From Atractiella rhizophila (taxonomy: Eukaryota), in NCBI GenBank assembly GCA_021432655.1, contig MU271263.1, positions 62,001 to 114,003 of the forward strand: a DNA stretch of 52,003 nt, in the 5' to 3' direction. The notes beneath the pieces are model-generated. The model had not been told where the DNA came from, made no database searches, and saw only the letters and a program-made list of their open reading frames with translations. Shown one piece after another: positions 14,027 to 27,205 of the stretch. Numbering within the stretch: position 1 is the first letter of the stretch; every line of letters begins with the position of its first letter. Position numbers and translations under genes: made by a program.

Positions 14027-15568
14027 CGCTCCCGTCTCTATAATCTAGCTAGGAAACGAAGCTGGAGGATGAATTGGGAAAGGCCTTCTTGAAATCTATC
14101 TCTAAACGAAGACACGAAGACTGGCGGGCTAAACAGGGGCAGCAGACTTATAAAGCTCCTCGCGCGTAACCAACTTGGCCTAAACAGATCTAACCCGTCT
14201 CCGCCGTCGGCAGGTCTCAGCCTGTCTGTGCGCAGTGACATCGAAGCAGGGAGAAGCATTCGGATTCTCTCCGGGTTGATTATTCCTTGACGCACAGGAA
14301 GAGAACATCGCGCCGAAAGAAAGATGGAGCTCTTCTTGTGTGTTCTCTGCCTCAGCCTGCTCAACTGCAACTGCAACTGAGATGCCGTGACGCTGGCCTG
14401 AAGTCTGCCTCCGTCGTTTTCGGACTCAGCGACATGGAGGAAATTAGATCCCTTCTGTTGCAGGGTTCGGAGAACGTTCAATTCTTTCCACGCGGACGAA
14501 TCACTCGGAACATTCAATCGTCCACAAACTTTGAGAATCCACACTGGCGGCTTTTGGACTCCATAAAACGGGGATCCCACTTCTCCAACCTGCTCCAATG
14601 CTTCAAATCTCGAGCTCTTCAGGTTCCCTGAGAAGACATATTCTCTTTAGGCGTTTCTACTACGCAATCGTGTATGATCTCGGGATGTAACCAGTTATCA
14701 AAGAACGATCGTCCATACATCATCCAAACGACATTTTGAGTATGTTGGACCTCTTCGTCAAGTATGAAAACTGAATATTATTGTACTCGGTTGCTTGCCC
14801 TGAGAGAAGGATTTCTTGTTGATAACTGCATGGTCCTGAGAATGTTGACGCGACACGATGCACAGATGATATCAGCGTCACTGGAGTGCTCTTAAGAACT
14901 ATGCTTCCTTTGGCAATCATAATCAAGCTTATATGTCTCCTCATTGTCCAACAGCTCACCTCCTATGACGGCTACTACCTCTAAAATTCCGTCTTTCTTG
15001 CTCGTGGTCCCAACTTTGAAGGGGTGGCCATTGACATCTTTACGATCTTACGCAGGTTAAGCAGTGGTTAAGAGTCGTCATCCTTGCTCCACACAACTCA
15101 AGGCATCTTCTTGGGGTTGCTAAAATGCAACCTCCAGAGTTTGATATAAGGAGAGAACATTTTGCGCTTTTGTAGTTAATAGTTCTCCTCGTCCAGTTTG
15201 CTGCCGACACGTAAGCCCGACATGCTCTTCCTCCTGGCCTTTGAATTTCTGGCATTCTGGCATTTTTAACACACGGTTCAGGCAGCTATAAGCATCATCA
15301 GGATTTGATTCCAACAAACGAGTACATCATGATTTCGTTCGTTCACAACACAAACGTGAACAACAAAGGGAGACAACGAGAGAAAAATAGAGATGAAACA
15401 GCTGGTGAATATGCTCAGAGAGCTCAATCTTCGCACGAAAAAAAAACAAAGACGCTATCTGTAGACGGTTGAATATAAGTAGTGAATACGTGCGCAGGGT
15501 ATCAAGGAACAAGGAAACTAGCCCAAACGAAAAACAGAACGACCAACAGAGCCTCAGACGAAAACTCT

Positions 15569-17210
15569 CTATGGACGATTATTGCCCTTCTCCAAATCGA
15601 CGCCGTAACTCGGATACTTCTCCGTGTAGTCAAACTCATCACGGTTTCTCTGAAGGTTGACGACTTGATGAGGCAAATCGTGGGGTTCCTTGGCCGTCTC
15701 GATTTGTGATCGAACCTAATGGCAATGGTTCTCTCTTCAGAAAGTTGTAACGAAGGGAAGGAGAACTGACCAGGACGCCACTGGCGACAGGGTTTCCAGG
15801 GATAAAATTGCTACCAATGTACTTTGGGCCAGGTCTCGACCCAGAGCTGACATGGGAAGCAGCATTCATGTCTTTAATGCGGGCTTGTTGAATGTTGCTG
15901 AAAAGCACGAGGACAGAGTTGACATAAGCTTTCGTGACAATCAAATTCGCAGCGAAACTGGGATAACGTGAGCACAAACAAAGGCAGGCATGGATAACGC
16001 ACTGGTATGTCTTCTCAGGATAACGAATCCCAAGACAAAGATCTGTCAAAGCGACTACGGCTGGGAACAGTCCGGTCTCGACCGTAATGTTGATCCACTG
16101 ATCATCTGCTCAATAGAGGTACGGAATTAGATATCCCAGTTTACCTTTGTTAACAAATCATTCGTGTGACTGAAGTCAGTCCTCTGGCTGTAGAGGTAGA
16201 AGGAAAGGGTAGCGCATACTATGCACATCTTTAGATGCCCATGGTAGATGCGAAGAAAGTGGTGCGTACGGATGATGTCGATAGCTGCCTCTCCACCGAG
16301 CCATGGCACAGGGTACGTCTTGATATCAGGAAAGTATTGAATGGCAGGACGCAAACCGATTCTCGCCGATAGAGCTGCGAAGACAAGCTACCCGGCAAGT
16401 TGGCGTCGTGTTCGAGGCGGGAGAGAGTTAACCTACAGTCATGAATCCTGCAAGCAAACAAAGGACCAAGACGACCCAAACGATGTAACGATAGGTCCAG
16501 TTTCGTGAAATACGATGAATCCGTTGGATATAGTAGATGTGGGTACAAAAAGGAATGAATGCACCTTTGTTGGCGAAGTCAGAGGGAGAGCTCAGACACG
16601 GATGAAGACACATACCAAAGATCACAAGAGCGGCGGTAGATTTAGGGGAAGGTAGATAAGCTGCTGCCAGTCCCTGCATTCAGCTCAGTCTCTGCCTTGC
16701 CTGCCACTAAAGCAGAAAAATGCGCACGTGAACGGCAACTCCACGTTGATTGTCGACAAAAAAGATCGCTTTAACCGCTCTTCAGGCATGAGCATTAGTA
16801 CTGGCTGGGCGATGGAATAAGAGCCGCCCACTGGTCACCAATATCCAAAAGCAGTAAAAATGATAGGAGAATGAAGTTAACAGTCTCTTTCTCAGTGGAC
16901 TGTGCCAGCAGCCTTTTAATTGCCTTCAGCTAGGTCATCCACGGAAGATAGATGGCACCAACCGGAAACAGTGGTAGAATTGGAGCAGACCAATTCCAAA
17001 AAGCCTTTGCTTCCTCACTTCAGCTCCAATGAGGAAAGGATGGAGTTAGGCGTACGTGAATGAAAGGTAAACACCAATCATCAAAGGCACCACCGTATCG
17101 GTCTATTGGACTATTCAGCCTGAACCCAAGAAAATATCCAGAGCAAAACATACGAAGAGGGGGCTGGTGTATGGAACCGAGCTCGGGATTTGAGTGGGAT
17201 CGGTAGCCAT
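15569..17210 (-). CDS. DUF6534-type membrane protein, paralog of 219-2090 (multi-exon)
   Basis: Starts MATDPTQIPSSVPY. Exons HIYYIQRIHRISRNW, ETGLFPAVVALTDLCLGIRYPEKTY and AYVNSVLVLFSNIQQAR are clearly homologous to the first gene, with similar intron positions. Confidence 0.72.
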
Positions 17211-20153
17211 CTCACAAAAATTTGACGAAAAAGTTCTCTGCAAGCTGAATTGGCAAGCAAATTGGGCCAGCAGAGCTCACCTTTGAGGCTCTTATACCCC
17301 TCTGTGTATCTCGGTCCACAAACCCTGTCACCAAACCCTGATACACGATCAAATTTGTACATGTGGGCTCTTTCTGGCTCGTATTCTGGTCCGAACCAGA
17401 TCTTCGGCATGTCGATCGTGCGTAAGGAAAAAGCTGCTCGTCGCTTGCCGACCGACCAGACCTTCAATCGCGGTGAGCCAGGATGAAAGCCGAACGTTCA
17501 ACACGTGCGCTCACATGTCCACAGAGAGTTCAACGCTACACGTGCAACTTTGCTTATCACCGCAGATTTAGGTCGAAACTCGCACCACACTTCAGCGGAA
17601 TCGCGTTTCGCTTCTTTATCATCATCAGGTCCAAAACCCTCGCACGGTATCTTTCAGTACCCGCAGCTTAGTGTATCGTTGCCGTCAATCCGAAACCAGA
17701 AACCTGCTGACAATCTGAGACTGTTACTGCGCTGGCAACTGAGTCCTAAATCTCCTTGCCTTGAGGATGAGCGCTAGTTTGAGCCTGTCCTTTGGACGGC
17801 TGGTTCATGGCTCCGGCTCCTATGGCCGTTTCCCTGCAAATGCACATTCCTTCCGATGGAAAGGAACATCAGTCCATTCCTGGCGCAGCTTAGGTCTGGT
17901 ATTCGGCATTAATTTTGCATTGGTGACGTGAAATCTTTAATAGTGTATTTAAACAGATGCACTGCTACACTGGCACAAAGAACGGCAGTCTCCGTTGTTT
18001 ACAGCTGCATCCTCCTTTATCCTCCTTTATAAAAACCCAACTTCATTTCCCATTGGCATCTGCGGCAGAATGAGGGATGTCCGGCGGCCCCAAACGTGCT
18101 CACCTAAGTAATAACTGAAAGACTGCCGCTTTCCCCGACCTTGCCCTGCCCCCTTTCCATCTTCCACCGTTTTGCCATTCAAAGCTTCGGCCTTGAGCTA
18201 AATTCTTTACGAGTAGGTCAGGTCGAGGCGCTGAACTCCTCATGAACTTGATGCTCGGGTCAGAAGCAGAAATAGATGGACGAGGATGGACGAGGTGGCA
18301 CCGGCAATCATGCAGCCCTAACCCTGATTCGCACATGCAACTGAATGTCAGCGTTTCTGGACTGGACTTTTGCAATTAGTCAAGAGGAGAGGGAAATGAA
18401 TGCGGTGAGAGGAATGAATTAGCTGTGATTATATCACTCTTGACCTAAATTCTTGAGATGGCATTGAGGAGAAACGTGAAAGGGACCGTGTTGTCGATGT
18501 TATCTTTGACATTACTGATCCGTCGTTCATCAGCAACATAAAACCTCAGGCTGCTCTTTGAGTCAACACGTGTGCAGGTTCAATAACTACACATTCAAAC
18601 GGGCGTAAGCAGGCTCTACAGCTCCCTTGCTGCAGAAGTGAATTGTTTTGTCAGCTGCCCTGGAAATAATATGGCTCCATTGATTTTATACCTAAGCTGC
18701 ACCTTCCTCCAAGTGAAAGTAAGCACCATGCCCAAGACTTTCTTTCGCGACGGTCTGCGCCAGTGCCAAATCATTCGGACCCCAATCTCCATAAAACAAG
18801 TCACAATGAATTGAGCTATTCTGTCTCGACAATGCGCGTGTAAGGTCGGTAAATCCCGTGGCTTGTACGGTACAATACTGAACTCTCAGGTGTTTGATCT
18901 TTCGGAGCTGCGGACAGGTGAAGAAATCTGACGGGATCAGATTGCTGTTTGGGTGACCTCCGTCAATGGACAACTCGAAGAGCCCACTGAAGTTGGAGAT
19001 ATCCAATGGTGTTTCAAGTCGGAAGCCCCGAAAATAGTTCCCTCTAAACCATTCAGACTTTTGAAACCACAGTCTCAAAGTGATGATGAAGGGGCGTGAT
19101 GTTGAAAGGTCAAGGTCCTCGGGAAAACAACTATGCAGCTGCAAATGAAACAAATTCGGAGCATCGAACATGATGAGTAGAAGAGGGGTAATATGAAAGT
19201 TTCGAAGCGAGAACCAATAAAGACTGGCTGGTCGCCAAGCTTGTGCAAGCGCAAGCGAATCGTGGTTCCACTTGCCAGCCTTCATCACACACTCATCAAT
19301 GGACGGAGAAGTAGAAGGGTTTGCATCCAAGTCGATATATTTGAGGTTATGCCACGACTGGGTATGCTCTAGAAAATTGAGTAAAGCTTGCTGGGACCAG
19401 GAGCGGAGAATAAGGCTTTCCAATGTCGTGCACTCTGCTAAACCATGTAAAATGTCCTGCGGCTCTGATTTCCATGGTGGACACCACAACTCAACGCGTG
19501 AAACAAGCTTCTGAAAAGTCCTCACATATCCAAACAGCTCGACAGGGTTTACCTTTTGATTCGCATCTTCCCATGTAAATTTATAGGACTGCCACAACCT
19601 CATTGGAAAAGGAAAATTTAGCAACTTTTCCAACTTTTTCAACGTTTCCAACTTTTCCCGTCCAAAATCGGGTTCAAATTGCAATGTTCTCAGACGGATG
19701 TGCCAATGTCGACAGACTTTTGAACACCGATGCCAAGTCAAAGTCTCTCGCCTTTTGTGCATCTGGTCCATTTGGAATATAGGATCGACGAGGCTCGACC
19801 TTGGTGCAACAGCCATCTCGAGAATATTATCCAAAAGCTCGTCGGGCAATTTTGAGATAAAAGCAGCCGATGGAAACGTAGAAAGCTGAATAACAACAAT
19901 ATCACCATTGCGGTTGAGAGAATCGTTGAAGAGATCAACATCGAGCACGATAACCTGTCCCTTTTCTTTGAAATTGAGGTCGACATCTGTGGTTTCTAAG
20001 TACAGGAAACGGGCTGCATCAGAAGTGAGTATGATCGGAGGTTCTTCGACAGGTCCGGGGATTTGCATGTACCCATCAAGGAAATAGATATGCAAGATGT
20101 CCGCGTAAAGAATCTTGGAGTGAAGATGAACCTGGGTCTTCAAAATCCCGGCT
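16874..20153. repeat. Segmental duplication copy A (copy B at 23688-26978), direct orientation
   Basis: Both copies begin aagttaacagtctctttctcagtgg and stay collinear up to the N gap. The same ORFs are duplicated in the track. Confidence 0.95.
18692..20153 (-). CDS. F-box/LRR-like protein, copy A (5' end lost in the assembly gap)
   Basis: Open frame of more than 480 aa containing ISKLPDELLDNILE...CSKVCRHWH. Paralog of 25517-27205. Confidence 0.75.
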
Positions 20154-20178
20154 NNNNNNNNNNNNNNNNNNNNNNNNN
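20154..20178. other. Assembly gap (N run)
   Basis: Run of 25 n characters; the true length is unknown. Confidence 1.
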
Positions 20179-23100
20179 GTAAGAGGATAGTAAAAATGAC
20201 GAAAACCTATAACCACTGGTCACCCGCCGAGAATAAGGTAGCGGGTCGGTCATGATTACGAGTACGGACTTCTCGCCAATTTCGCTAGAAAAAACAGCTG
20301 TTAGTTGCACCTCAACGGCAAGTGCACGCGTAAAAAGACGAAATCACCGTCCGTTCCGTCTCTGACTCGACTTACGTCCCTGACCGTCGTCGAATAGATG
20401 GAAGGGGATTTAGATGGCGGCGAGAACACTAGAAACCATACACAGAAGTAGGCACAGACTCGAGAGGGAGACTGAAGCGGTTGTTTCCACGTAAGTAAGG
20501 AAAAACATGGGTGTAGATGATATAGGTTGCCTAAGTAGCATAAAGTGCTTTGACCTGGATAGCAATGTAGCAAACCCAGCAGAACCAGGAAACAAACGAA
20601 CGTCCTAAGTACTGACATCCAATTGAGAGAGGGCGGAGCTTGTGCTGTGGTTGAACGGGCCATCGAACAGAAGCGTCGAGATAGCCGCTCTTAGCCAAAC
20701 GCAGGACGGTAAGTTATGAAAGGACTATAGTTCTGCATGGGACACGGTACCGAGCCACCTCTCCGTCGATAGCTGTAGTAGGCATGCGTGGTGAAAGAAG
20801 CGTAGATGGTACCCGTAGATTTCTACACGTATCATACGCGATGGGAAAGGAAGATGGAGATGTCGGTCTCCTGACTGAAGTCAGTGTGCTTACTAAACAA
20901 TTGTTTCCATTTGACCCTATAGATTAAGGCATGGAGATAACTCGTCTACTAGTCACCTAGTTGTAATGCCACGCTCTGCCCTGACAAGGGTCGGCATCAG
21001 CGAAACTGTCTAGAAACAGAACCCTAAGCAATAGGACTCTTCTGTATGGTCACGCAATAGGTACGGACGGAAACAAACACGAGTGCAATAGGGTCAAAGC
21101 GACGCTTAAATTAACAGTGCTTTCGAATACAGTTGAGACAGGAGCACGAAAAGTCGTTGTAAGTTGTTCGGGCGTAATTTCTGTACTTACGACGAAGGGT
21201 ACAGTCGAGACCCAGCTCTGGACCGGGTTTCATGTAACCATCGTTAAAATAGGGACCTTTGGGACAGCGGTCACCGCAGGACCAGTCAAGAGGAAGGGAA
21301 GCAATGTTGAAAGACTTCTCTCTTGGTAACGGTAATCCAAGCTAGTGTTTAGCTCTGCCGGTTCCTTGGGGTGCTAAACGGAGTAGTTCAGCAGTTGGAA
21401 GTCTCTTTGGCACTACTCAAACTGATGTGCCTCTTCATAGGCTCAATGCCGCAGCTAAACCTCTTCCCGTTATTAGCAGGTATCTCTCAAAAGCAGACTC
21501 CGAGACAACCAGCAAGACAAAAAGCAAACCCGATCAAAGGAACAAGGAACTATGGGACGCGTGCATAAGTGATGAATATAAGTTGGCAGATGTCTATCGC
21601 AGAAACAAAAAAAAAGCACGCTTCTAACTCGAGAGACTCGTATAAGTGGTCGACAAAGTAGAGATAAAAAGAGAGCAACAGAGGGAAACAACAAGTGCAA
21701 ACACAACACTTGCTTGCTTTAGTACTACATGAGCAAACAACCTTAGTTTAGGACTACTACGAATATCGACGGACTTGGCACACAATTTTTACGGTCTTAC
21801 GGTCTTTAAGTTTCCGGTCCTCCTTCTCGTACAGCCCGAATGCACAGCCGTCGTTTGACCTGCTCCTCTTGATAATTGATGTTTTCGCGTTTTACAAGAG
21901 AGGAATATAGTTTGAGACCTCCAACGTAAAATCGTTGGGGTTCTTCTACGGAACTCAACACACTTCGTTCCTACTGCTGAGAATTGGTGACGAATTGGAC
22001 GCATTCTAGCATTTCTACAGTTACCGGTGGGGAAGTTTCAACCCTGTTGCTCGTTCTTTCTGCCTTAAAATCTCCATCATCGGCAGTATCCTCCACTCGA
22101 CAACCTGTTACTCCTCTGTATATTCGAACTAATACTAACGGTTTCCTTCGTATCAAGAATTCTCGTGAGGTCACTGCGACTATAGTAGACACGTAGCACA
22201 GCGCAGTTGTAAGAGTCCTGGTACGTCAATAGTTGTTCTTTAGGAAGAGAGTCCCGTTCGTTGGCTCATGTTATTATAAGTCAAAAGTATGAACTGCTTC
22301 TCCAGGTTGTATGAGTTTTACAGCAAACCTACTACATACCTGCTAGCAAGAAACTATTGACCAATGTAGGGCTCTAGTATGTGCTAACGCATCATCTTTG
22401 CGGATTTCTCTTATACAGAAGAGTCCCTTGGACTTCTCGAGCTCTAAACTTCGTAATCTCGTCCGACCTCTTCACCCTAGGGGCAAAATACCTCAGGTTT
22501 TCGGCGGTCACACCTAAGAGTTTCAAACACCTGCTAACTTACAAGGCTCACTAAGCAGGCGCACCTTTCTTAACTTGCAAGAGGCTTGGGACGTTGTCTT
22601 CCCTAGATAAGGTGAGGTACAGCGACTCAGGCTTTGCTGCCTCCGTCTGAAGTCCGGTCGCAGTGCCGTAGAGTCAACGTCAACGTCAACTCGTCCGACT
22701 CCGTCTCTTGTGTGTTCTTCTCGAGGTAGAAAGAAAGCCGCGCTACAAGAGAAGGACACGCAGTTCCTTATTAGTTGGGCCTCTCTTAGGCTTACGAAGA
22801 GGGACGAAGCTACAGTGACGCGTGTCTGTCCGACTCTGGACGGCTGCCCCTCTGCCCAATCTAGACAAATCCGGTTCAACCAATGCGCGCTCCTCGAAAT
22901 ATTCAGACGACGGGGACAAATCGGGCGGTCAGAAGCACAGAAGCAAATCTCTATCTAAAGTTCTTCCGGAAAGGGTTAAGTAGGAGGTCGAAGCAAAGGG
23001 TCGATCTAATATCTCTGCCCTCGCTACTTCTGTAGTTGTTTTAATGTAAGTGAGCAAAAAAGGTAGAGAGGGAGAGGCGGAGGAGGCGGATGCGGGTCCG

Positions 23101-23687
23101 AAGTCGAAGACGTCAGAGTGTAAAGTTCTAGGCGCTCCGTTGACTGCACCCAACACCAATACCTCTATCGACAACCGGTCGTCTAACCCTCACCCGCCAT
23201 ACGAAAGGTTAGTAAGGAGACAGTTCAGGCTGCGCGAATGGAGTTATAGTGTGTTCGAGAACTTGAAGTGGCAACCACCTTCTTAGTTCTTCCAGTGGGG
23301 TCAGCGGAGACACACGGTGCTGGTCAAACCTGTCATGCTACGGCGTCGGACACGTCTGAACTGCTTGTTGACCCGGTAACCGCTTATGTAGAGGGTCAAG
23401 CTGCCACCTATAGGAAGAGTGTCACGCGATGGAAGGAAAGGAGACAAACGTGCAGGTAAATTCACTTCCCGTCGAACCCCACTGCCTATGCCATGGCTAA
23501 GAACGAGTTGAGACTGCCTCTCCTCACCCAGCACACCAGTTCCTGCTCAACCAGAGTAGAGAAGTAGGTTAGGAAGCATTTAACTAATCCACTACTTTCC
23601 ATGGTGGACAGAAACGTCTGCAGCTCTCATAGCCTCTAGAGGAGCGTCAATACCGAAAGCAAGCAAAGGTGTTGGAAGCTCACTCCT
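20179..23687 (-). mobile_element. Heavily decayed LTR-retrotransposon relic(s); copia-like RT/RNase H remnants at ~20400-21450 and possibly gypsy-like integrase-region remnants at ~22150-22900
   Basis: No long ORFs and many stops. Weak minus-strand remnants occur in the expected copia order: YEEA, GYMKPGP, SYCLG, RSKHF...LTYVET. Further remnants are TSPY and EIRKDD...IQPGEAV. No LTRs or TSD were recognised. Confidence 0.45.
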
Positions 23688-24025
23688 AAGTTAACAGTCT
23701 CTTTCTCAGTGGACTGTGCCAGCAGCCTTTTAATTGCCTTCAGCTAGGTCATCCACGGAAGATAGATGGCACCAACCGGAAACAGTGGTAGAATTGGAGC
23801 AGACCAATTCCAAAAAGCCTTTGCTTCCTCACTTCAGCTCCAATGAGGAAAGGATGGAGTTAGGCGTACGTGAATGAAAGGTAAACACCAATCATCAAAG
23901 GCACCACCGTATCGGTCTATTGGAGTATTCAGCCTGAAGCCCAAGAAAATATCCAGAGCAAAACATACGAAGAGGGGGCTGGTGTATGGAACCGAGCTCG
24001 GGATTTGAGTGGGATCGGTAGCCAT
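23688..24025 (-). pseudogene. 3'-truncated copy (first exons only) of the DUF6534 gene at 15569-17210
   Basis: ATG at 24025 (MATDPTQIPSSVPY). Homology ends abruptly at 23688, where the relic sequence begins. Confidence 0.85.
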
Positions 24026-26978
24026 CTCACAATAATTTGACGAAAAAGTTCTCTGCAAGCTGGATTGGCAAGCAAATTGGGCCAGCTGAGCTCACCTTTG
24101 AGGCTCTTATACCCCTCTGTGTATCTCGGTCCACAAACCCTGTCACCAAACCCTGATACACGATCAAATTTGTACATGTGGGCTCTTTCTGGCTCGTATT
24201 CTGGTCCGAACCAGATCTTCGGCATGTCGATCGTGCGTAAGGAAAAAGCTGCTCGTCGCTTGCCGACCGACCAGACCTTCAATCGCGGTGAGCCAGGATG
24301 AAAGCCGAACGTTCAACACGTGCGCTCACATGTCCACAGAGAGTTCAACGCTACACGTGCAACTTTGCTTATCACCGCAGATTTAGGTCGAAACTCGCAC
24401 CATGCTTCAGCGGAATCGCGTTTCGCTTCTTTATCATCATCAGGTCCAAAACCCTCGCACGGTATCTTTCAGTACCCGCAGCTTAATATCGTTACCGTCA
24501 ATCCGAAACCAGAAACCTGCTGACAATCTGAGACTGTTACTGCGCTGGCAACTGAGTCCTAAATCTCCTTGCCTTGAGGATGAGCGCTAGTTTGAGCCTG
24601 TCCTTTGGACGGCTGGTTCATGGCTCCGGCTCCTATGGCCGTTTCCCTGCAAATGCACATTCCTTCCGATGGAAAGGAACATCAGTCCATTCCTGGCGCA
24701 GCTTAGGTCTGGTATTCGGCATTAATTTTGCATTGGTGACGTGAAATCTTTAATAGTGTATTTAAACAGATGCACTGCTACACTGGCACAAAGAACGGCA
24801 GTCTCCGTTGTTTACAGCTGCATCCTCCTTTATAAAACTCAACTTCATTTCCCATTGGCATTTGCAGCAGACCGAGGCATGTCCGGCGGCCCCAAACGTG
24901 CTCACCTAACTAATAACTGAAAGCCGAACCCTTTCCCCGACCTTGCCCTGCCCCCTTTTCCATCTTCCACCGTCTTGCCATTCAAAGCTTCGGCCTTGAG
25001 CTAAATTCTTTACGAGTAGGTCAGGTCGCGGCGCTGAACTCCTCACAAACTTGATGCTTGGGTCAGAAGCAGAAATAGATGGACGAGGATGGACAAGCTA
25101 GCACAAGCAATCCAGGCAGCCCTAGCCCTGATTCGCACTGAATGTCAACGTTTCCGAACTTTCCCAATTAGTCAAGAGCAGGGGGAGAGGAATGCGGTGA
25201 GAGTAATGAAATTAGCTGTGATTATATCACTCTTGGTCTAAGATTCTTGAGGGGGATTGGGGAGAAACGTGAAAGGGACCGTGTTGTAGATGTTATCTCT
25301 GATGTTACTCATCCGTGTATTTATTTCATCAGCAACATAACACTCAGGCTGCGCTCTAAGTCAACACGTGTGCAGGCTCCAGAACTATACATTCAAATGC
25401 GCGTAAGCAGGCTCTCTGAGCTCGACGCTAAGCACTTGGTGTCTACAACTCCTTGCTGCAGAAGTGAATTTTTTGTCAGCTGCCTTGGAAATAATATAGC
25501 TCCATTGATTTTATACCTAAGGTGCACCTTCCTCCAAGTGAAAGTAAGCACCATGCCCAAGACTTTCTTTCACAACGGTCTGCGCCAGCGCCAAATCAGC
25601 CGGACCCCAATCTCCATAAAACAAGTCACAATGGATTGAACCATTCTGTCTCGAAAATGTGCGTATAAGGTCCGTAAATCCCGTGGCTTGTACAGTACAA
25701 TACTGAACTCTCAGGTGTTTGATCTTTCGGAGCTGCGGACAGGCGAAGAAATCTAACGGGATCAGGTTGCTGTTCTGGTGACCTCCGTCAATGGACAACT
25801 CAAAGAGCCCCCTGAAGTTGGAGATATCCAACGGTGTTTCAAGTTGGAAGTCCCAAAAGGAGTTCCCTCTAAACCATTCAGACTTTTGAAACCACAGTCT
25901 CAAAGTGATGATGAAGGGGCGTGGTGTTGAAAGGTCAAGGACCTCGGGAAAACAACTATCCAGCTGCAAATGAAACAAATTCGGAGCATCAAGCATGATG
26001 AGTAGAAGAGGGGTAATATGAAAGTTTCGAAGCGAGAACCAATAAAGACTGGCTGGTCGCCAAGCTTGTGCAAGCGGAAGCGAATTGTAGTTCCACTTGC
26101 CAGCCTTCATCACACACTCATCAATGGACGGAGAAGTAGAAGGGTTTGCATCCAAGTCGATATATTTGAGTTTATGCCATGAGTGGGTATGCTCTAGAAA
26201 ATTGAGTAAAGCTTGCTGGGACCAGGAGCGGAGAATAAGGCTTTCCAATGTCGTGTACTCTGCTAAACCATGTAAAATGTCCTGCGGCTCTGATTTCCTT
26301 GGTGGACACCACAACTCAACGCGTGAAACAAGCTTCTGAAAAGTCCTCACATATCCAAACAGCTCGACAGGGTTTACCTTTTGATTCGCATCTTCCCATG
26401 TAAATTTATAGGACTGCCACAACCTCATTGGAAAAGGAAAATTTAGCAACTTTTCCAACTTTTTCAACGTTTCCAACTTTTCCCGTCCAAAATCGGGTTC
26501 AAATTGCAATGTTCTCAGACGGATGTGCCAATGTCGACAGACTTTTGAACACCGATGCCAAGTCAAAGTCTCTCGCCTTTTGTGCATCTGGTCCATTTGG
26601 AATATAGGATCGACGAGGCTCGACCTTGGTGCAACAGCCATCTCGAGAATATTATCCAAAAGCTCGTCGGGCAATTTTGAGATAAAAGCAGCCGATGGAA
26701 ACGTAGAAAGCTGAATAACAACAATATCACCATTGCGGTTGAGAGAATCGTTGAAGAGATCAACATCGAGCACGATAACCTGTCCCTTTTCTTTGAAATT
26801 GAGGTCGACATCTGTGGTTTCTAAGTACAGGAAACGGGCTGCATCAGAAGTGAGTATGATCGGAGGTTCTTCGACAGGTCCGGGGATTTGCATGTACCCA
26901 TCAAGGAAATAGATATGCAAGATGTCCGCGTAAAGAATCTTGGAGTGAAGATGAACCTGGGTCTTCAAAATCCCGGCT
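23688..26978. repeat. Segmental duplication copy B
   Basis: Collinear with 16874-20153. Confidence 0.95.
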
Positions 26979-27205
26979 AGTATAAGTGCCTGCCGTTGCT
27001 TTTGATGCAATAGATGTAGACAAACCCCCTGTACAGGCGTGTTATCCAGGAAAGATTCTGTGCAACTGATGTACAAGCGCCGACCAGCGTCATCAAAAGT
27101 CGAATCTCTGGGACTTTGATACAGGTGAACTAGAGGGTCGGGGATTCGAGTTTTGGACTGCATCGTGGCAGGACCTGCTGTGAGCAATTCAGTTTCTCTC
27201 AGCAT
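25517..27205 (-). CDS. F-box/LRR-like protein, copy B (562-aa uninterrupted ORF; possible upstream exons up to ~27871)
   Basis: F-box motif KLPDELLDNILE...CSKVCRHW. LRR-like segments LESLIL, LKYIDL and LFHLQL. C-terminal motifs IDGGHQNSNLIP and LFYGDW. Confidence 0.8.
   Translation of the reverse strand: MLRETELLTAGPATMQSKTRIPDPLVHLYQSPRDSTFDDAGRRLYISCTESFLDNTPVQGVCLHLLHQKQRQALILAGILKTQVHLHSKILYADILHIYFLDGYMQIPGPVEEPPIILTSDAARFLYLETTDVDLNFKEKGQVIVLDVDLFNDSLNRNGDIVVIQLSTFPSAAFISKLPDELLDNILEMAVAPRSSLVDPIFQMDQMHKRRETLTWHRCSKVCRHWHIRLRTLQFEPDFGREKLETLKKLEKLLNFPFPMRLWQSYKFTWEDANQKVNPVELFGYVRTFQKLVSRVELWCPPRKSEPQDILHGLAEYTTLESLILRSWSQQALLNFLEHTHSWHKLKYIDLDANPSTSPSIDECVMKAGKWNYNSLPLAQAWRPASLYWFSLRNFHITPLLLIMLDAPNLFHLQLDSCFPEVLDLSTPRPFIITLRLWFQKSEWFRGNSFWDFQLETPLDISNFRGLFELSIDGGHQNSNLIPLDFFACPQLRKIKHLRVQYCTVQATGFTDLIRTFSRQNGSIHCDLFYGDWGPADLALAQTVVKESLGHGAYFHLEEGAP

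Noticed and set aside
14038..14631. 186-aa and 114-aa ORFs upstream of the FAD oxidase
   Set aside because: Non-ATG starts and no motifs. They lie in the probable promoter region, which includes a TATA-like element near 14148.
14640..15330. Stop-interrupted, protein-like minus-strand frame (LESNPDDAYSCLNRVLK...DVNGHPFKV)
   Set aside because: It may be a gene or TE relic, but I recognise no motif, so I did not call it.
17111..17777. Short ORFs repeated at 23929-24590
   Set aside because: They recur only because of the DNA duplication and overlap the DUF6534 start and promoter.
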